From: Nanopusillaceae archaeon
Lineage (GTDB): Archaea; Nanobdellota; Nanobdellia; Nanobdellales; Nanobdellaceae
Direction of reading: 5' to 3'
Assembly: GCA_038833255.1 (NCBI GenBank)
Contig: JAWBIX010000006.1
Span: 1 to 13,414, forward strand
Length of the DNA stretch: 13,414 nt
Below, in pieces: positions 7,603 to 13,357 of the stretch. The position numbers were made by a program, and so were the translations under genes. The notes beneath the pieces were generated by a model that saw only the letters and a list, made by a program, of their open reading frames with translations, was not told the origin of the DNA and ran no database searches. How positions within the stretch are numbered: position 1 is the stretch's first letter; every line of letters begins with the position of its first letter.

Positions 7603-8436
7603 TTAGTAAAATTTATTTCTATTTGCTTCTAATAAGCGATTCTCTAAATTCATAAAATCTGCAGCAGATAAAATTTTTATTTTTACTTTTTCATTTAAAT
7701 ATTTCAAGTATTCTAAATAATTTTTAGATCTAGCAGAATGATGATCTAGAATTATTTTTTCTATATTAGTCTTTTTCTCTATTATAGCTAAATTTTTTAA
7801 GAATTTTTCTTCTAGTTCTTTTTTCCATTTAGGATGATATATTGGTGGACCAGATAATATCAAAATCTTTGGATTTTTATTTATTATAAACTCTAAAACA
7901 TCATCTGTAAGAATTCCCTGGATATCAGATCCAAACAAAACATTATCTCCCAAGTGTTCTATATATACCATAACAACTTTCCCTAATTTACTATTTTTTT
8001 CTCCATGAAAAACTCCCTTGGAAAATTCTATATAAGTATTTTCAAATTCATATTTTTTCTCATCACAAAATTCTAAATTTTTTATCTTATTGTAAAATAG
8101 TTTTCCTCTAAAATATTGAGATCTATTAGTATTTTTAAAATCCTTTGCTAAAATTATTTTATTTTTAAGAATTTCCACATGATCTTCATTTTCTGGATGA
8201 GGGCAATGATCCCAATGATAATGAGTAATAATAATTATATCTGATTTTTCCCCCAACTCAATAATTTCATTATATCTCTTTTCTAACTCTTCTAGTTCTA
8301 CTTCAGATGGAGGGAGACCATACCTAAATGGAGCAATAGATATAGAAGGATCTATAAATATTTTATAATCTGTTTCTATTAATGTAGCCATAGATCTTGT
8401 AGAAAAAGAATCATATGCAACAAGTTTGATTTTCAT
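7603..8436 (-). CDS. Metallo-beta-lactamase-fold hydrolase of the archaeal UPF0282 / COG2248 type (function unknown)
   Basis: 277 aa. HxHxDH motif present as THYHWDH. The N-terminus KLVAYDSFSTRSMATLIETDYKIFIDPSISIAPFRYGLPP and the C-terminal ILDHHSARS...AADFMNLE resemble the conserved archaeal UPF0282 layout as I remember it. The start overlaps the thiI stop (ATGA). Confidence 0.65.
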   Translation of the reverse strand: MKIKLVAYDSFSTRSMATLIETDYKIFIDPSISIAPFRYGLPPSEVELEELEKRYNEIIELGEKSDIIIITHYHWDHCPHPENEDHVEILKNKIILAKDFKNTNRSQYFRGKLFYNKIKNLEFCDEKKYEFENTYIEFSKGVFHGEKNSKLGKVVMVYIEHLGDNVLFGSDIQGILTDDVLEFIINKNPKILILSGPPIYHPKWKKELEEKFLKNLAIIEKKTNIEKIILDHHSARSKNYLEYLKYLNEKVKIKILSAADFMNLENRLLEANRNKFY

Positions 8437-9749
8437 AAGTATCCTAATAATTTAGCAGTTTTTATATCTAAATAATAAACATTGTATTCATTTTTATATT
8501 TTTCATAAAATTTTTTTGCTAAAATACCTGTTGGGCATACAAAGAGATATTTCTTGTCTTTTTCTAAAGTTATTTTATCAAAATTTCTCACATCAATAAC
8601 AATTAAATTTTCTTTATCAGGTAAATCTATTTCATATTCTAAATTTTCTTCTAAATTAGTTAATTCGTAAATCTTGTTTATTTCTTCTTTAAAATTAATG
8701 TCTAATTTATTTAATTCTTCGAAAAATATCTTACAATCTGGTTTTGCTTTAGGATGTTTTTCTATTTTACATATTTCTGGGGCTCTATAATCATAAAATC
8801 CCAAACTTTTAGCTATAGAAATTATTTCGTCTTTATTAAATCCTAATAATGGTCTAAAAACTGTAAAATCTACTATTTTATCTAAACATTTTATTGAATA
8901 TATTGTTTGTGTTGAAACTTGACCTAAAGATTCTCCAGTTACAATACATAAATAATTTTTAGATTTACAAAATTCTTCTGCAATTTTGTACATAATTGCT
9001 TTATAAATAATCTGTCTATAACCCTTTCTAACTTTAAATAATTTTTCTATATCAAAGTCATAAACATAAAGCTTAGAATTTGGAAAGTATTCTTTTAATT
9101 TATTAAAAATTCTATAGATATATCTTAAATATGGCTTTCCACCAATATTTATAAATAAAAAATCTAGATCTAGTCCTCTTTTTCCAATAAGATATGCAGC
9201 AACAGAAGAATCTACACCACCAGAAAACAATAAGATTCCTTTTCCTTGGAAACCTAGTGGAAATCCTCCAGGTCCATAAAATACTTTATCATATAAAAAT
9301 GTAGCAAAATCGTGTATTTCTATATATATTACTTTATCTGGATTTTTTAAGTCTACTCTTAATCCAAAATTTTTACATAAATATTCACCAACAATTTTGT
9401 TAACTTCTGGAGAAGTATATCTAAAATTTTTCCAAACTCTTTTTGTAACTATTTTAAAGCTACCATTAAAATTTTCAAAAAACAATTTTGATCCTAATTT
9501 AATTTCTTCTAAATCTGTTTTTATTTTATATGCTGGATAAATTGTTTTTATTCCAAAAATTTTTTGTAACTTATAAATCCATTCTTCTTTATAATCGAAT
9601 ATGAATATTCTTCCCCTTCCAACCAAAATATTATTTGTTCCAATGGAATTAGAAATAATTTTATAAAGTTCTTTCATCAATTTATTTTTAACTTTTTCAG
9701 ATTTTACCCAAATTTCATCAACACCTATTAAGATTGAATTATATATCAT
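8433..9749 (-). CDS. thiI: tRNA sulfurtransferase ThiI (s4U8 synthase): THUMP + PP-loop ATPase + short rhodanese-like tail
   Basis: The ORF is open to 9803 (456 aa), but I place the start at Met19 (9749). MIYNSILIGVDEIWVKSEKVK aligns with the usual ThiI N-terminus (xxIxxRYGEIxLKS). This start also removes a 51-nt head-to-head overlap with the deacetylase gene. PP-loop LLFSGGVDSS. ESLGQVSTQT block. Cys345 in APEICKIEKHPKAKP and Cys423 in FVCPTG (numbering from the 9803 start). Confidence 0.88.
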   Translation of the reverse strand: MIYNSILIGVDEIWVKSEKVKNKLMKELYKIISNSIGTNNILVGRGRIFIFDYKEEWIYKLQKIFGIKTIYPAYKIKTDLEEIKLGSKLFFENFNGSFKIVTKRVWKNFRYTSPEVNKIVGEYLCKNFGLRVDLKNPDKVIYIEIHDFATFLYDKVFYGPGGFPLGFQGKGILLFSGGVDSSVAAYLIGKRGLDLDFLFINIGGKPYLRYIYRIFNKLKEYFPNSKLYVYDFDIEKLFKVRKGYRQIIYKAIMYKIAEEFCKSKNYLCIVTGESLGQVSTQTIYSIKCLDKIVDFTVFRPLLGFNKDEIISIAKSLGFYDYRAPEICKIEKHPKAKPDCKIFFEELNKLDINFKEEINKIYELTNLEENLEYEIDLPDKENLIVIDVRNFDKITLEKDKKYLFVCPTGILAKKFYEKYKNEYNVYYLDIKTAKLLGYL

Positions 9750-9752
9750 ATT

Positions 9753-10649
9753 ATGAAGATAATTTTTAGTAAAAAATTTATGTATCATAATGATCCAAAT
9801 CATATAGAAAATAAGAGTAGACTTTTTGATTTATTGAAAATAATTAAAAAAGAGGGTTATGAAAAACCATATAAAATAAATAAAAAGGTTTATAAGCTTC
9901 TATCTCTAGCTCATTCTTGGAAATATATTAAAAAAATTAAAAAATATTTTAAATATGCAAATAAAAATAAAAAAATAGTTTACATAGATGAAGATACGTA
10001 TATTTCCCCTTACTCTTATTTATCTTCATTTTCATCAATTATGGCAGCAGTAAAAGCTTTAGATATTATAGAAAAAGAAAAACAAATATTTATACCTACA
10101 AGACCGCCCGGACATCATGCTGGAAGAGATGGAAAAGTAGATAGTACTTTAGGCTTTTGCATTTTTAATAATATTGCTTTTTTAGCAATTTATGCAAGAA
10201 AAAGATATAATAATATTTTAGTATTAGATATAGATATTCATCATGGAAATGGAACTGAAGATATTTTAAAAAATGTCAAAAATATTAATTTTATCTCGAC
10301 TTATGCAAAAGGAATATATCCGTTTCCTGGTAATTCTAAAAATATTGAAAATATTTATAAATATCCTTTAGATTTTGGAACTGATGACAAAAAATACTTA
10401 GAAATATTCAGAAAAATAATGATAGATATTGAAAATATAAATCCAAAAATTATTTTAGTTTCTCTTGGATTTGATATGCATTATTTAGATCCTCTTTCTG
10501 TATTTAAAATAACAATAGAGACTTATAAAAAAATCTTTGAGTATTTACTACCATATAAAGTCATATATCTTCTAGAAGGAGGATATAATAGAAAAGTTAT
10601 TTATGAAGGTATTTTAGAACTTATTAAATTATGGAAAAGTTCTTCCTAG
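9753..10649 (+). CDS. Histone deacetylase / acetoin-utilisation (AcuC) / acetylpolyamine amidohydrolase family Zn-dependent deacetylase
   Basis: 298 aa. Family motifs: RPPGHHAGRDG (His-His pair), LDIDIHHGNGTEDI (Asp/His metal ligands), GFDMHYLDPLS (Asp ligand) and LEGGYN (catalytic Tyr). The N-terminus MKIIFSKKFMYHNDPNHIENKSRL is typical of the family. Confidence 0.85.
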   Translation: MKIIFSKKFMYHNDPNHIENKSRLFDLLKIIKKEGYEKPYKINKKVYKLLSLAHSWKYIKKIKKYFKYANKNKKIVYIDEDTYISPYSYLSSFSSIMAAVKALDIIEKEKQIFIPTRPPGHHAGRDGKVDSTLGFCIFNNIAFLAIYARKRYNNILVLDIDIHHGNGTEDILKNVKNINFISTYAKGIYPFPGNSKNIENIYKYPLDFGTDDKKYLEIFRKIMIDIENINPKIILVSLGFDMHYLDPLSVFKITIETYKKIFEYLLPYKVIYLLEGGYNRKVIYEGILELIKLWKSSS

Positions 10650-11713
10650 GATTTTCTATATCAGCATATCAAACTGAAGGAGATAATTTCTATAGCGACT
10701 GGTATTATTTTGAAAATGATAAATTGCCTAAAGTCGGAAAATCATGTAATTTATGGGAAAATTATGAAAAAATAATTCATTTTTTAGTAGATTTAAAAGT
10801 AAATGCTTTTAGATTTTCCATAGAATGGTCTAGAATTTTTCCAGAAGAAAATAATTTTTCACAAGAAAATCTGAATAGATATTTAAGATTTATAGAAAAA
10901 CTAAAGGAAAAAAATATAGAACCTTTTATATGTTTATGGCATTTTACAAATCCTAAATGGTTTTTTGATAAAGGTGGATGGCAATATAGAGAAAATATAA
11001 ACTACTTTATAGAATATGTAGATATTCTAATCAAAAATCTAAAAAAATATGATGTAAAATATTTTATTACTTTTAATGAACCTTTTGTGTATACATTAAA
11101 TTCATATGTTCTTGGTTTTTGGCCTCCTTTTGAGAAAATAAGTAGTATCGAAAATTTAAAAAAAATTTCAGATATTTTAGAAAATTTTCATTTAGCACAT
11201 AAAGAAGTATATAAAATTATTAAAGAAAGCGATGAAAAGATAATTTATATTGAAAACTTCTCTTTTTTTAACTTTTATTTAATTAAATTTTTCAAAGATA
11301 CATATTTAGATTTAATTATATCAACTTTACCAAAAAAAGTAGATGGAATAGGAGTAAATTATTATGGTATTTTAGTAGATTATACTACAAGAAAATTTTA
11401 TGAATCTTTGAAGTATTTTTCAAAAGTCTTAGATAAGTTAAAAACAAAAAATAAAGATATTTTTATAACAGAAAATGGAATTTCGACTGAAGATGAATAT
11501 AAAAGGGTAAAATATATTAAAAAACATCTTGCTTTTGTTCTGAATAACAGAAAAAAGTATAATATAAAAGGATATTTTATTTGGAGCTTATTAGATAATT
11601 ATGAATGGGAAATTGGATATAAAGCAAAATTTGGTATTTTGACTAGAGAAATAAAGCCCAAAGATTCTTATTATGAACTTAAAGAATTTTTTAAATCCCT
11701 AAAAATTTCTTAA
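10631..11713 (+). CDS. Glycoside hydrolase family 1 (beta-glucosidase/beta-galactosidase-like), unusually short
   Basis: 360 aa. GH1 motifs: FSISAYQTEG, AFRFSIEWSRIFPE, LWHFTNP, FITFNEP (acid/base Glu150), GVNYYG, FITENG (nucleophile Glu281) and YFIWSLLDNYEWEIGYKAKFGI. No signal peptide. The start overlaps the deacetylase gene by 19 nt. Confidence 0.85.
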   Translation: MEKFFLGFSISAYQTEGDNFYSDWYYFENDKLPKVGKSCNLWENYEKIIHFLVDLKVNAFRFSIEWSRIFPEENNFSQENLNRYLRFIEKLKEKNIEPFICLWHFTNPKWFFDKGGWQYRENINYFIEYVDILIKNLKKYDVKYFITFNEPFVYTLNSYVLGFWPPFEKISSIENLKKISDILENFHLAHKEVYKIIKESDEKIIYIENFSFFNFYLIKFFKDTYLDLIISTLPKKVDGIGVNYYGILVDYTTRKFYESLKYFSKVLDKLKTKNKDIFITENGISTEDEYKRVKYIKKHLAFVLNNRKKYNIKGYFIWSLLDNYEWEIGYKAKFGILTREIKPKDSYYELKEFFKSLKIS

Positions 11714-12239
11714 TTAATATTCTAGGATATCCTATATAGGGGATTCTAAAGATTGCTTTGCCCTTTATTGCATTTATATCGTATAGCGGGCATTCTTCTT
11801 GAGAAGGATATGGATTGTTATCTCCCATAATACATACAAAAGTATCATTTTTCTGAACAATACGATGTAATATCGGTTTTCCACTTAATGAAATATATAC
11901 AACTACATCTCCAACTTTCAACTCCTCATATTTTGCTGGAATAATTATTACAACATCTCCTACATTTATTCCATTTCTAAACGGAAACTTTTCAAAATCA
12001 GAACAGGAAATATTAAACTTTTCATATTTTCTACAATCAAAATTATGATGCTCCATACTATTAGAATACACTACAGAAAATAAAAATGGAGAATACAAAT
12101 TAATAAAAACTATTAATAAAATTATTAATAAAAAAAATGCTAAATCGCTTTTCCAATTATCTTCAAGTAGTATAAATTTAAAGAAACTTGTTATTTTTTT
12201 TATAATTTTTTTAATCATAACTCCTCCAGACATAACCAC
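11691..12239 (-). CDS. Signal peptidase I, archaeal/ER (Sec11, S26B) type
   Basis: 182 aa. One N-terminal TM segment (LAFFLLIILLIVFINL). Box B is VVYSNSME (nucleophile Ser), box C GDVVII, box D ILHRIV (His base, not the bacterial Lys) and box E MGDNNPYPSQEE. The start is ambiguous among 12239, 12233 and 12218; every option overlaps the tfs 3' end. Confidence 0.8.
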   Translation of the reverse strand: MVMSGGVMIKKIIKKITSFFKFILLEDNWKSDLAFFLLIILLIVFINLYSPFLFSVVYSNSMEHHNFDCRKYEKFNISCSDFEKFPFRNGINVGDVVIIIPAKYEELKVGDVVVYISLSGKPILHRIVQKNDTFVCIMGDNNPYPSQEECPLYDINAIKGKAIFRIPYIGYPRILIKKFLGI

Positions 12240-12549
12240 ATTTTACACATTTAAAAAACTTTGTTTCTGCTTCATCAGAAGCTCTTGTTTGTAATGACCA
12301 GAAATAAGCTCCCTTACTTCCACACTTTGGACAAATTATCTCTTCATCTATTGGAAGCTTTTCTTTAGTTTCTTCTTTTTCAAATATTACAATTTTACTT
12401 TTAGTATTCTTTTCTTCAGAAAATATTTTTTCTTTTTTTATTTCGATTTTTTCTTTATATCCGCAATTTTCACATACTAAATATTTATCTTTTATTACTA
12501 ATATTCTACCACAATTTGGACAAAATTTCATAAAAGTAAATATATTCAT
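12211..12549 (-). CDS. tfs: Transcription factor S (TFS; TFIIS / RNAP subunit M-like cleavage factor)
   Basis: 112 aa. N-terminal Zn ribbon CPNCG...CENCG. C-terminal Zn ribbon CPKCG...CVKCG. The acidic-hairpin region WSLQTRASDEAETKFFKC retains the DE pair. The biological start may be Met7 (MKFCPNCG, 12531). Confidence 0.9.
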   Translation of the reverse strand: MNIFTFMKFCPNCGRILVIKDKYLVCENCGYKEKIEIKKEKIFSEEKNTKSKIVIFEKEETKEKLPIDEEIICPKCGSKGAYFWSLQTRASDEAETKFFKCVKCGYVWRSYD

Positions 12550-12558
12550 AAAAAAAGT

Positions 12559-13320
12559 TTATAAAACTTTAAAGGAGATTTTCTTAAATATTTCGTAAAA
12601 AACACTAACAAAAAATAAATATATGTAAAAAATAAAATACAAAAAAACTAAAACTACTAAAGAAATTGATAATTTATTTTGTTTTAAAATTTCTTTTAAA
12701 TTAAGAATGGCCTTTTCATAAAATATATTGATATATGTTTTTTCAAAATCGATACTTTGATTTTTTATAGTATCTAATAACAAATTTTTTATGTTTTCTA
12801 TTTTATCATAATCCTTAACTTCTAAATTATTAACTGCAAAATTAAAACCAAAAATTGCAACATTTATTGTATATTCTATATCAATGGAGATCTGGGTTTT
12901 TATTTGATTTAAAACTATTTCTTTTATTTTTGGTTCTAGAAAATCAATCACTTTTTCAGCAATTATATTTTGAATTGGTTGATAAACAAAGGGTAAAAAG
13001 AGAAATATTAAAAATAAAATCGTATTAAAAATGTTAATTCCTTCTTTAACATCTTTAAACATTACAATAGCTATTAAAATAAGAAATATTAGTAAGATAT
13101 AATTAAATAAAACTGAAAAAAGAAATTGTATTATTAAAAAAATACTTTTTATTTTTATATTTTGTATTTTTTCATAAAATAAAAGAAAAAATGCAAGAAA
13201 AATAATAGAAAAAAAGACTAAAACAAAATTAACATTTGGTAAATTTATAATGGAATAAAATAAAAATAAATTAAATATAACTTGAAATATAATAGAAAAA
13301 AGTAAAAATAAGTAAATCAT
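12559..13320 (-). CDS. Hypothetical polytopic membrane protein (about 5 N-terminal TM segments, a ~100-aa soluble domain, 1 C-terminal TM segment)
   Basis: 253-codon ORF. It is the first gene of the same-strand run with tfs and the signal peptidase gene (9-nt gap to tfs). I recognise no family. Confidence 0.55.
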   Translation of the reverse strand: MIYLFLLFSIIFQVIFNLFLFYSIINLPNVNFVLVFFSIIFLAFFLLFYEKIQNIKIKSIFLIIQFLFSVLFNYILLIFLILIAIVMFKDVKEGINIFNTILFLIFLFLPFVYQPIQNIIAEKVIDFLEPKIKEIVLNQIKTQISIDIEYTINVAIFGFNFAVNNLEVKDYDKIENIKNLLLDTIKNQSIDFEKTYINIFYEKAILNLKEILKQNKLSISLVVLVFLYFIFYIYLFFVSVFYEIFKKISFKVL

Positions 13321-13357
13321 TTTATAAAATTTATAAAAAAGTTATTAAATTTATATT
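13321..13357. promoter_or_regulatory. 37-bp divergent promoter spacer between the membrane-protein gene and tRNA-Val; tandem TTTATAAAA 9-mers
   Basis: TTTATAAAA occurs twice in perfect tandem (13321-13329 and 13330-13338). The second copy is centred about 24 nt upstream of tRNA position 1. ATATAAATT on the minus strand (13356-13348) is centred about 31 nt upstream of the membrane-protein ATG. Specificity is low in AT-rich DNA. Confidence 0.35.

Noticed and set aside
9750-9803. The first 18 codons of the maximal thiI ORF (MIWIIMIHKFFTKNYLHN)
   Set aside because: The residues are hydrophobic and low-complexity and precede the conserved ThiI N-terminus. They would overlap the deacetylase gene head-to-head, so this is probably not translated. 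The ambiguity is kept as a finding.
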